Assembly: GCF_006345805.1 (NCBI RefSeq)
Contig: NC_043003.1
Coordinates: 80,104,001-80,168,000, forward strand
Length of the DNA: 64,000 nucleotides
Source: Octopus sinensis
Lineage: Eukaryota
Reading direction: 5' to 3'
The stretch's first letter is position 1, and each line of letters starts with the position of its first letter. Below are positions 52,931-64,000 of the stretch, piece after piece. Position numbers and translations under genes: made by a program. The notes under the pieces were generated by a model. It ran no database searches. It saw only the letters and a program-made list of their open reading frames with translations, and was not told the DNA's origin.

Positions 52931-54329
52931 TATATACATATAATTAGTTTTCATATTACCATATATGTACACATTGTTTCACTATCATTTATCTGTCCAA
53001 TTATTAATCCAACGTACATTTAAAATATGATACCTACACATGTCTGCATACGCATAGCCACATATAGATATGTACACACTGGACTAGCTTTTCAAATAGA
53101 TACACAGTCTTACTTGTTTTACGTCATAGATATTAAATATGCTAAGCGTAAGATAAATTGATCAAACATTGCAGAAACAGTAAGGAAAATCAATTTATCC
53201 TTTATTCAGAGGTTACACAAATGTTTTTGCGCTTTATGTCCTTCCTATTCCGCTTTCTAACTCTTTATACTCTTTTCTGTTTTCTATATAACGTTCGCCG
53301 CTCTCTTCCGTCATTCCGGTGTCTCTTTGCAACTCTCTCACTGTTTATATTAATCACTCAGAATTTCTCTCTAAGCTGTATTTACTTTCTAGCACCTTTC
53401 TATTTTAGGCGAAATGCGGCAAGAAGTGAAATTCCTAAGCCGTAGCTTGATGTCAGAGAACAATTATTAATTGTTTACAGTTCACTGTATGTTGTCGTGA
53501 CACCTCAAGGTAGCGGAAAATACTGGCGATGTACAAAGTCACGAATCACAATATAATCATTTCAAATCCCTCTCTCTCATTTTCTCTTTCTCTCTCTGTC
53601 TCACCTTTTTTCTCTCTCTTTCCTGACATTTATTGTTACAATAGCTTTAATGTAGCCTACATGGACGAGAGGAAATGGTAATGGCAAATACTTAACTTCA
53701 CAACATGTCTACCGTGTTGGGTAGTACAATCATAAACTAACGAGAATGAGACATTTCTTAAATGCTAAAACATGTACTTCCAGGATATAGAAGAGGCTGA
53801 TGATGTCATATTAATTGTCATATATATAATCCTATGACTAACAATAATATCTGGGCGTTAGTGTTACAGACAATGATGTTTAAGTTTAAGTAATAACAGC
53901 AGCAAACTATGAATTTAATATAACAAAGCGTTCTGTGAAGGACTAATTTAATTCGAACTTTTCTGCAGGCTGCCCACTGATTCGACCACTCTGGAAGCCA
54001 TTTACAGAATATTATTCATTTGTTACTAGGAAGTAGTGCACAGGTCTTCTTGACTTTGCTTTGCTTGAAGAATAATTGTTTTGAGCAGTAGCCGGAATCA
54101 TGTATTAAATTTCTGAAAAGACCAGATGCAGTCTAGTGTTATATATTTCATAAGCAGATTTTGGCACCGTTACAGAAATATAGTCTTTCCAATGATATAT
54201 ATATATATATATGTGTGCGTGTGTGTGTGTGAGTGTTTTTGCGTCTGTGTGTGTGTATGAATATGTGTATACACATACATATAACAATTTATATATACAC
54301 ACACATTTATACATACATATACATCTTTT

Positions 54330-54560
54330 GTCGTTCAGTTTTTTACTTTCTACTTGTGGGCTGTGGCCATGCTGGGGCATCGCCTGGGCTGGATTTGATC
54401 GAACGGATCGATCCCAGAACTTATGTCTTCAACCTCTTATTCCTTCTATCAGTCTCTCATCACGAACCCATAAGTTACTGCATGTAAACAAATTAACACC
54501 AATTGGTAAACGATGGCGGAGGACAAGCACAAACACAAGGACAGACAGACAGACACACAC
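54330..54560 (-). mobile_element. Partial S2-type SINE tail
   Basis: Reverse complement of CCCCAGCATGGCCACAG..AAGTAGAAAGTAAAA. Confidence 0.55.
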
Positions 54561-54776
54561 ACACACTCGTATATATATATAAAGCATATAGTTGAGGTAC
54601 AAATTTCTTATCACACAATATAAATGGTTACATAAGTAGATCTTGGCAGCAATGCAGAAACAGACGCTTTGATGAAAGCTTTGGTTATATGTAAATGAAT
54701 ACATGTATGTATATGTAAGCGTATATACACACACACACACACACATACAAATATATATATATATATATATATAATA

Positions 54777-54819
<43 letters not shown>

Positions 54820-54850
54820 ATATATTATATATATATATATACAATATGTA

Positions 54851-55026
54851 GGCGCAGGAGTGGTTGTGTGGTAAGTAACTTGCTTTCCAGCCACATGGTT
54901 CCGGGTTAAGTCCCACTGCGTGGCAACTTCGGCATGTATCTTCTACTATAGCTTCGGGCCAACGAAAACCTTGTGGTGGATTTGGTAGACGGCAACTGAA
55001 AGAAGCCCGTCGTATGAATGTATATA

Positions 55027-55069
<43 letters not shown>

Positions 55070-55262
55070 TGTGTGTGTGTGTGTGTTTGTCTCCCCAACA
55101 ATCGATGCTTGTGCGTTTGCGTCCCCGTAACTTAGCGGTTCAGCAAAATAGACCGATAGAATAAGTACTAGGCTTACAAAGAATAAGTCTTGGGGGCGAT
55201 TTGCTCGATTAAAGATGCTGCTCCAGCATGGCCGCAGTCAAATGATTGAAACCAGTAAAAAA
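54851..55262 (+). mobile_element. S2 SINE
   Basis: Same structure as 17077. Confidence 0.9.
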
Positions 55263-55289
55263 GTATATGTGTGCATGCGTTGGTGTGAG

Positions 55290-55320
<31 letters not shown>

Positions 55321-55666
55321 TATATGAAATAGAAAATAGAAAGATGAATGCAGAATATACAAAAGTTGGACGTATTTAACCTGAATGAGCAAAAAGGTCT
55401 TAGACTTTTGATATCGTCGTTATTCTTCCGAGAAATAAGATACACAGCGAATTAGTGTGAGATAGATAGGGACATTTTGTGAAAAGGCGTTTTAAAATTT
55501 ATAAAATGTTAATTCTGTGATGGTCACAGTAGAAGATGAAGAACTAAAAGCCAGGGGTCATGTTGGACTACGAGATTGGGATTCTTATGTAGATGGTGAT
55601 AAACATACTTTGTATATGATGTGTGTTCACATTTGAAAGCTTGGACTTGAGTGTGTGTGTGTGTGA

Positions 55667-55701
<35 letters not shown>

Positions 55702-55960
55702 TGTGTCTGTGTCTATGTATGCTCGTGCGCGTGCTGGTGTTTATGAGCGTGCCAATACGGTGGCTGTTTTCTGTGTAATAATCATATTGGGAAGATATGT
55801 CAAGTTTAACATATCTTCTCTGGAACAACTTTGAATTGAATTTAGGAGTAAGCAGCTTTGTCAGCTAGAACATTAAAACTTGGTGCGCATGCAGAAGCAG
55901 AGTTCAAGGTCAACTTGTGCCAAGCGACTTCACTCTGTCTGTTTTAGCGCCGGTACTATA

Positions 55961-56192
55961 AGGCGACGAGCTGGCAGAAACGTTAGTACGCCAGGCGAAA
56001 TGCGTAGCCGTATTTCGTCTGCCGTTACGTTCTGAGTTCAAATTCCGCCGAGGTCGACTTTGCCTTTCATCCTTTCGGGGTCGATAAATTAAGTACCAGT
56101 TACGCACTGGTGTCGATATAATCGACTTAATCTGTTTGTCTGTCCTTGTTTGTCTGTCCTGTGTTTAGCTCCTTGTGGGTAGTAAAGAAATA
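55961..56192 (+). mobile_element. S1 SINE, full length
   Basis: Aligns with 14402; TACTATA occurs on both flanks (possible short TSD). Confidence 0.9.
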
Positions 56193-56233
56193 GATACTAT
56201 AGCAAGAGATCAAATACTTATTGATGAGACCAC

Positions 56234-56301
<68 letters not shown>

Positions 56302-56331
56302 AGTACTTAATGTACGTAGCGTTGAAATAAA

Positions 56332-56950
56332 TAATGAGTTAAAAACATGTAAATTATTCGCAGACAAACGGGAAATAGACACACGTAGTCGCCAACTCAT
56401 CGTAAATTTTCGGCCTCAAGGTCAACCGCAGTTTTGCGCCTAACCGATGATACCGAACCGACTTCTGGTAACGCCGAGGGCAAGCACCACCGGGAATTGG
56501 TTAGTCCAGACAACAAAAAACAAAGCAGATCCTCTCCCGCTCTCTCGAACTTTCACCGTCTCAATCTTAAATCCGTGAGTGTATTCTCCCAGTTTGACTA
56601 TTTACGTCGCCTGTTTCGCTGTAAGGCCTTAGTTCGTTACTTTATTTATATTAGTTCGTTCGTATGCCCACAGACGTTCTGTTTGTTTTGGTCTTTCGTA
56701 CATCCAGATATTGCTTCGTTTTCGATTACATTTATTTCTCTATCACATTTTTGTCTGTTTATTTTTCTGTCTGTTTTCTTTTTGTTTTTTACATCGCCAA
56801 TTCCCGGCGGCATTTACCGTCGGTGCCCTAGTGAGGGATTCAGTATTATCGGTTTACTGTGAAATTGATCCATGGCCGATGAGGAATTTGCGACCATCTG
56901 TGACCGTTTCCCGTTTGTTGTTGCATTCATTGTATATTTTAAACTTATTA
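56332..56950. mobile_element. Old foldback/MITE-like element with ~160-170-bp imperfect inverted arms
   Basis: Reverse-complement matches ACAAACGGGAAA, TCGGCC, AACCGAT.ATAC.GAA and CC.CCGGGAATTGG occur in collinear order. Confidence 0.65.
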
Positions 56951-57060
56951 TATACACGCATACATACACGCATACATACACAAGTACATACCTACATACA
57001 AACATACATACATACATACATACATACATACATACATACATACGTACATACATACATACA

Positions 57061-57091
<31 letters not shown>

Positions 57092-57957
57092 TTATACAAA
57101 CGTGCAAGAATTATTTGAATTTTGAATAAATTGAAGATCACTTTAAACTGTATATTAGTTCAAGCTTAAAACTGTCCGTTACAGTAATATAAGGTAGATC
57201 ACCCACCAATTAGCAGGACGTGTGAATGTCAAGGTGTCTTTTATCGTGTACTTGTTGTAACAATCATTTAACTGCGCCCATGCTGGGGCATCGTTTTCTG
57301 ATTCTTTGAAGCACTGGGGTAACACATGGTGTACCTATGCGTATAGAGACGTGTGCGTACATACGCACATACATACATATGTGGCACTGTGTGTGGTGTG
57401 TGTGTGTGTGTGTGTGTGTATTGATGGATCCGAGGGTTTCGTTTATTTACGATTTGTTTTCTTAATTTCCCCGGAGTATAAATACCTATAAAGGTGATAA
57501 TTACAAAAAAATAATAATTCAGTTCACTTAAAAAACATGGGTAAGCTACGCATTGTGAGCCACTCTATAATTTGTGAAATAGTTTATCTGCGCCATGGTA
57601 TGCATCGCCTCTCCAATGCCTTTCTTTCATTGAATTTGTTAGGATAAGGAGTATGCAAATAGGGAAATGAAACATATGTGAATATATTTTTCAGATTGAG
57701 AGAATTAAAAAAGGAAGCTCTGCATTTGCTGAGAGGTTAGTAATTAAAAGATTTTCATTTGGTAATGAGCAAGCTAAAAGTAAAGCTTCAATTCTTATTT
57801 CAACTAATATTCACCCTTGACCTTAAAAATAAGTAATGTACAGAGAAAAATGTTTTTTTGAGTATGATATATCAAAATCTAAGATATTGTCCATGGCCTA
57901 CCTACTAAAATCCGATAGACTGTAACAACATGCGTGATAATAATCTAATATTATCTA

Positions 57958-58490
57958 AGGCGGCGTGCTGGCAGCGGTATTTCGTCTGACGTTACGTTGT
58001 GAGTTCAAATTCCGCCGAGGTCGACTTTGCCTTTCACCCTTTCGGGGTCGATACATTAAGTACCAGTTACGCACTGGAGTCGATGTTTTCGACTTAATAA
58101 CTATGTCTGTCCTTGTTTGTCCCCTCTATGTTTAGCCCCTTGTGGGTAATAAAGAAATAGGTATTTCGTCTACCGCTACGTTCTGAGTTCAAATTCCGCC
58201 GAGGTCGATTTTGCCTTTCATCCTTTCGTGGTCGATAAATTAAGTACCAGTTACGCACTGGCTCGATGTAATCGACTTAATCCGTTTGTCCGTCCTTGTT
58301 TGTCCTCTCTGTGTTTATCCCCTTGTGGGTAGTAAAGAAATAAGGTATTTCGTCTGCCGCTACGTCCTGAGTTCAAATTCCGCCGAGGTCGATTTTGCCT
58401 GTGTGTGTGTCGATGAATGAAGTACCAGTTTCGATCTAATCGACTGCTCACCTCCCCTAAAATTTCGGGCTTTTTACCTAGAGAAGAAAA
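57958..58490 (+). mobile_element. Head-to-tail array of three S1 SINE units
   Basis: Each new unit restarts at GGTATTTCGTCT directly after AAAGAAATA. Confidence 0.85.
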
Positions 58491-59593
58491 GAATTTTCTC
58501 TTATTTAAATATTTCTACCGAAGGTTGAATGATTTTACTATAAGGAGAATATTTTTGTCATTTAGATACCGTCCCATTTTTTAGTATGTAAGTCAGAGTA
58601 AGAGAGCAGCACTCATAAGTACTAGTCTGAAAAGAGAAGCAGGAAGTCATACAAAGTGCGGAGAGTCGGCTTGAATGTCCACAACTGTTTGCACTATTAA
58701 CCCACCAAAGTGGGAGACACTATGTTATTAAAGCGGACCACATATTAATTCAACCGCACGAGAAGAGGAAAGGTCCATTCGTTGGGTTTGTACACAATTT
58801 CCATCTACTCAGATAATTCACAAGTCACTGGTAATCTCATGGTTACGGGAGAATGTATTTGTCCACGCCCCATGTGGCAAATGAAATGAAAAATACGCAG
58901 GAGCAAAGCAAACATTTTAACTATACAATACTTTCCACGCACAACTTCAACGTAAATTCGAGTAAATTGCCATATGCCTCTAGTATGTTTTAGTAACCCT
59001 GAAGGTATGAAAATGTCATTCACCCATACAGAATCTAGTCTGAGTGGAGATAGACATGCACATTCACACACACGCCCACACGCATGCACACACACACACA
59101 TGCACACACACACTCACGCTCACACACGTACACGTGAGCGCTCACACACGCACGTCTATACACATATGAAGCATTGACATTCAACGCTGAATATTATAGA
59201 TAAGGCCCCAAGTTAGGAAGATAAGCGTTTGCTTATAGCCTTGAGTTGATAATATATTTAATAGAGAAACAACATTAAATCAACGACTAATTTATCAAGG
59301 AAAATGTTAGTGGAAACAAATTGGCTTAATTAATTGTTTAATCATTTGATTTCAGGATATTAATCGATAAATGATAAAACTTAATGATTACAAAAGTAAT
59401 GATAAGAGAGTAGTATGTTAATAGTCATATAAATTTCAAGCGCATGAAATATAAGTGTACAGTCAAATTTAGAAATTTCGTTGGTCATTGTAACGTTTTC
59501 TTCCGGTTTCTATATGTTTGCGATGTGTTGTTAGTAAAAAGAATTTTGTAATATTTATCCCGACTTAAACGTGGTGGTTTTGTAAGAACAACC

Positions 59594-59797
59594 TATACTT
59601 AGGTAGCTACCACGAGAGAAATTTTGATACTGGCTTTTGGTGTAAAATGCACTCTAGCGAGGCCATACTTCAGTAGCTACCATGAGAGAAATTTTGATAC
59701 TGGCTTTTGGTGTAAAATGCACTCTAGCGGGGCCATACTTCGGTAGCTACCATGAGAGAAATTTTGAAATTGGCTTTTGCTATAAAATGCACTCTTG
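59594..59797. repeat. 70-bp tandem repeat, ~2.9 copies
   Basis: GTAGCTACC recurs at 59603, 59673 and 59743. Confidence 0.92.
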
Positions 59798-60620
59798 AGG
59801 GGAGATAAAACTCCACCACCTCCAGTGCCCAGTCCACCATCTCTCGTGATTTCGACTTTACTTTGTCTCGTCAATGATGGACGATCAACCGCTGGAGATA
59901 GCAGCAAATCACCCCTCCGCCAGCGGCATATCGGAAAATAGTACCTGAACAAATGCTGGTGTCGTAATTAGCAAATGAGCTTGTTAAAAAATATGCATTA
60001 GCGACAGAACCAGTATTAATAATGATTCATTTATTTAATAATGATTTCTGATATCAGTATTAATAATTAGAGTTAATATTTATTCCCATTTAAACATAGA
60101 TGTATTATTAGAACAAAATTATGCTATGGATGCCAATAATTTTATATTTTGCATTTAGCACCAAAAGCAAATATGAGAGTTTCTCATGGTAACTAGTGCA
60201 GTACAGTTTCAACGTTTAAGTGGGGATAAATATTATCTCTCGGTAATGATACTGTTTCTGTCACTAATATATGTTGTTCTCGTAATTTATTAATGGTGTC
60301 GACATTTTCTAAATAGATTGTTGCTGGCGATGAGAAATGTATTCTTTACAATAATATTAAACGATGCAGACAATGGCTAAGGCTGAATTAAAAGATCTGT
60401 AACACATCGACGAAAGGGATTTCATGGACAGAAAATTTTAACGAATGTTTGATGGCATAGGGTAAGAATTATAATTATGACCTTTTAAAGTCGAATCAAA
60501 CGATCACTTTTGAACTTTATCAGTGGCATGACTACTTGAAGACTTATTGGGAGGCAAACGCTCCGCCTGAATGAATAGCAAGGGATTTCTCTTCTATCAA
60601 GTTATTATGCGCCTTCTCAC

Positions 60621-60730
60621 CTTGCAATTCACTGAGAAAGCGTTGGATTCTTTCGGATGAGACGAGCATGACACGCCAAAATTCTCCTGCTTTTCGTTCA
60701 GACTCCCACATATAAAGTTTTGCAAAATAT
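60621..60730 (-). CDS. Candidate 110-nt exon of an unidentified gene
   Basis: TTTCCCGTCTCATAG acceptor, CAAG|GTGAGA donor; open as YFAKLYMWESERKAGEFWRVMLVSSERIQRFLSELQ (a second frame is also open). Confidence 0.5.
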
Positions 60731-61707
60731 CTATGAGACGGGAAACTTATGATCAGCATACAAAATATATAAAATGAATTAAATATATATATGAATGTAA
60801 ATCCAAAAGAGTTTTTGAAATCAGATATTCGGAAAGTTACAAATACAAACAAAGCCGTGATAGGAAATGAAGAACATTGATAGATGATTAAATTAGCAGT
60901 ATTAAATATCAGGTTTGTAGTACTTTCAAATAAATACTAAAACTCAGACGGAAATTTCTATATACTCTTACACAGACACACACACCACACACACATACGT
61001 ACAAATATCATTAGTTAAATTAGTCTGATTCGGCTCTAATCGACTTAAACAGAAACCCGCCTCGTTGAAGCTTTAATTACTGAATGGAGAAAATAGAAAA
61101 TCCAAGATGACTACAGGCAAATAGGCTACTATTGGTCAAGGTGGGTCTCATTGTGCTCTTGGTCATGACTTCGGTACTTCAGCAATAGCAGATGCGTTAG
61201 AAAAGAACACTTCTTGGACATCATGGATTGACAGAAAGCTGGTTGCATCTTGCTGTTTGGGAAGCTGGCAGAAGCAAGGCTGGAGAGTGCGATTTTGTAG
61301 TGTGTATACAATTCATTAATTGAGGTGAACATAGCCGTTGCCACACAGACATGTCTTCAAAGCATTATATCAAGAGAGAGAAAAATAGCATCAGAGTTCA
61401 ATTGTTTGGTTTCACTCAGTTAACAAAATTAACACACAGCTTATATATACTTATAACTGTGTATGTAGTTGTGTATATACGAGCAGGAGGACAGACGAAA
61501 AAAAGGTACTTACCACATGTACTATAAATAATTTAAAAATATTATTATTTAAAACGTAATCAAGCGACATCCTTGCATTTCAGAATTCGTTTCTACCTGC
61601 AGACTTATTTCTGTACTGTGGTATTGGCTCTAACAAAGGAAAGGCGATGATTCTTTAGTAGAGGGAGGAAAAGTACGAGAAGTGAAAGACATATATATAA
61701 GGAAAAC

Positions 61708-61896
61708 CAGGAGTGGCTGTGTGGTAAGTAGCTTGTTTACCAACCACATGGTTCCGGCCGGATTCAGTCCCACTGCGTGGCACCTTGCGTAGGTGTCTTC
61801 TACTATAGCCTCGGGCCGACCAAAGCCTTGTGAGTGGATTTGGTAGACGGAAACTGAAAGAAGCCCTCGTATAAATGTATAATATATATATATATG

Positions 61897-61966
<70 letters not shown>

Positions 61967-62180
61967 TTGTGTGTCTGTGTTTGTCCCCCTAGCATTGCTT
62001 GACAACCGATGCTTGTGTGTGTATGTCCCCGTCACTTAGCGGTTCGGCAAAAGAGACCGATAGAATAAGTACTGGGCTTACAAAAAATAAGTCCCGGGGT
62101 TGAGTTGCTCGATTAAAGGCGGTGCTCTAGCATGACCGCAGTCAAATGACTGAAACAAGTAACAGAGTAAAAAGAGTAAA
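61708..62180 (+). mobile_element. S2 SINE
   Basis: Same structure as 17077. Confidence 0.9.
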
Positions 62181-62204
62181 TACGAGAGAACGAGAGTAAC
62201 AAAG

Positions 62205-62230
62205 AGAGGGAGAGAGAGATAGAGAGATAG

Positions 62231-62309
<79 letters not shown>

Positions 62310-62350
62310 CAGACAGATAGACAGATAGATAGAGAGAGAAATAGATAGAT

Positions 62351-62397
<47 letters not shown>
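62205..62397. repeat. (GATA)n/(GA)n microsatellite
   Basis: Direct reading. Confidence 0.95.
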
Positions 62398-62402
<5 letters not shown>

Positions 62403-63719
62403 TAAGATTAATGAAATAATGAACAAATGTGTACTTTGCTATCGGAGCAAAATTTCTGTTCTAAGGTTAAGTAGAAAGGCGATAGCAATCTCGCTAAATT
62501 GAAAATAATTACAAAAATTTGTTAATTTCAATATAAATTTGATATTGATTGTATTAATATTTGGTGACATTTTGCGAGTATAAAAAAATATTTTGAACGG
62601 GGAGACTGAGTTGCTGTAAATCCAGTTTAATATCATGCAAATTATTGATGAAGAAAATGTCTAATATATGTCAAGAATTTGCCATTGAATACGAAAATAT
62701 CAAATAGGTAAAAAAGAAAGAATGATGTTAGAACTCATCAAGTATTTAATTAAAAAAAAACAGAAAGATGTAAGTCCAATCAAATGACACTTTAATCATA
62801 ATTGCATATATATTTTTTGGAAATTTAAAATATATTGAAGAGAAAACCAAAGACTTTTGAATTAAATATGAAATAACTCAACTGTTCATAGTGGAGGCAG
62901 TATTTAATACGTCGTCTTGAAAATTCTTTAAGAAGATTGGTTTTGAAGACTCTTAGAAAAAAATTATTTAGAAATATTAAAGATTTTCAAGAATAAATTC
63001 ATATCAACAGTGAAGTGAAAAAAATGAGTTGAAGAATATTGAAATTTAATAAATTATGAAAGAGAGAAGACAGTTAAATAGATTTTCGTACTTTTTGTAA
63101 GCGAGTGTGGATTATTTAAACAAATATAATGAATTATAACTAATTTCGCAAGTATTTTTTTTATTCACATTATTATTTATTTACAAAAATTTTAGATCAT
63201 TGATTACGCTGAAGTCTAGAATGTCTGATGTTTGCACCTACGATGTTTCTGAAACGTTCACACTGAATATTCAAAAATTCAACACAGATAGATTAATACA
63301 TTATTAAAGACTTAATTGTATTATTGTATTAACAAGCACACAGGCGCCCATATACACACAGGGATGTTTATGTGAGTGTGCACAAATATATTTATGTAAC
63401 TGGTATATCTGGATGAGTAGGGACGTTAACAAGCAAAGAAACCTGGCTGTAAATATCTACTGTGTCACTTTAATTAACAGTTTCAAGGAAAAGAAACAGA
63501 GGTTCGGTAAAAGAGATATGAAGTTAAACGAATATATATATATAGTTAAATGGATAAGTAGATAGATAGATCGATAATTAGATAGATTATATATATATAT
63601 AAATATATATCCTTAAATCCTTAAAAATGTTTGTTTCGCAAGATTCTTGATGTGAAATCGTGTGTTGAAAGAGATATTGTTGTATTTAGGAATGGTCATG
63701 TTTCCAGTTTAGTCAATAA

Positions 63720-63773
<54 letters not shown>

Positions 63774-63842
63774 TCTGATTAAATTTTCAATTCAACAACA
63801 AGTAAATCCTTGCAACAATGTAACCTTTAATTTAATCAGGAT

Positions 63843-63936
63843 ATCCTTGGCCTGATGAGTAGCCGGTAGTAGAAACCCCGCTTGGATTTTTACCACTTCT
63901 GAGGTTCCGCCGGCTATGAAACATATGTAGCCGGAT
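63843..63936 (+). ncRNA. Type I hammerhead ribozyme, near-canonical, with enlarged stem-loop II
   Basis: AUCC-UU-GGC | CUGAUGA | GUAGCCGG-43 nt-CCGGCUAU | GAA | ACAUAUGU | A ^ GCC-GGAU; predicted cleavage after GUA at 63929. Confidence 0.8.
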
Positions 63937-64000
63937 CTTACCTACTGTATTCCGTAACTTTTGTACACACGCACACACACACACACACACGCACGCACAC

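Noticed and set aside
59677-59952. 91-aa minus ORF (YYFPICRW...)
   Set aside because: Runs through the 70-bp tandem repeat and has no recognisable domain or coherent splice context.

Overview
AT-rich animal nuclear DNA, mostly repeats and microsatellites. The SINE, LINE and Helitron families look cephalopod (octopus-like); this is an inference from repeat content. There is no intact long ORF, and almost all ORF-track entries are microsatellite artefacts. Main contents: (1) two decayed Penelope-like elements (PLEs) with RT and/or GIY-YIG remnants, each followed by a minimal hammerhead-ribozyme (HHR) motif; (2) further HHR motifs, including two foldback elements whose arms carry HHR relics and one nearly canonical HHR at 63843-63936; (3) a ~16 kb cluster (30.2-46.5 kb) of about ten R4/Dong-type RLE LINE copies from several families, all on the + strand and embedded in (TAA)n tracts, with a co-oriented ~550 bp (AAT)n-tailed non-coding repeat; (4) a ~2.8 kb decayed L1/Tx1 ORF2 missed by the ORF track; (5) tRNA-derived SINEs, a non-autonomous Helitron, HINE-like elements, a mariner-type MITE and weak CR1, Tc1 and copia relics; (6) several small splice-bounded candidate exons of unidentified host genes, including three 27-nt segments on the + strand. 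All alignments and folds were done by eye.
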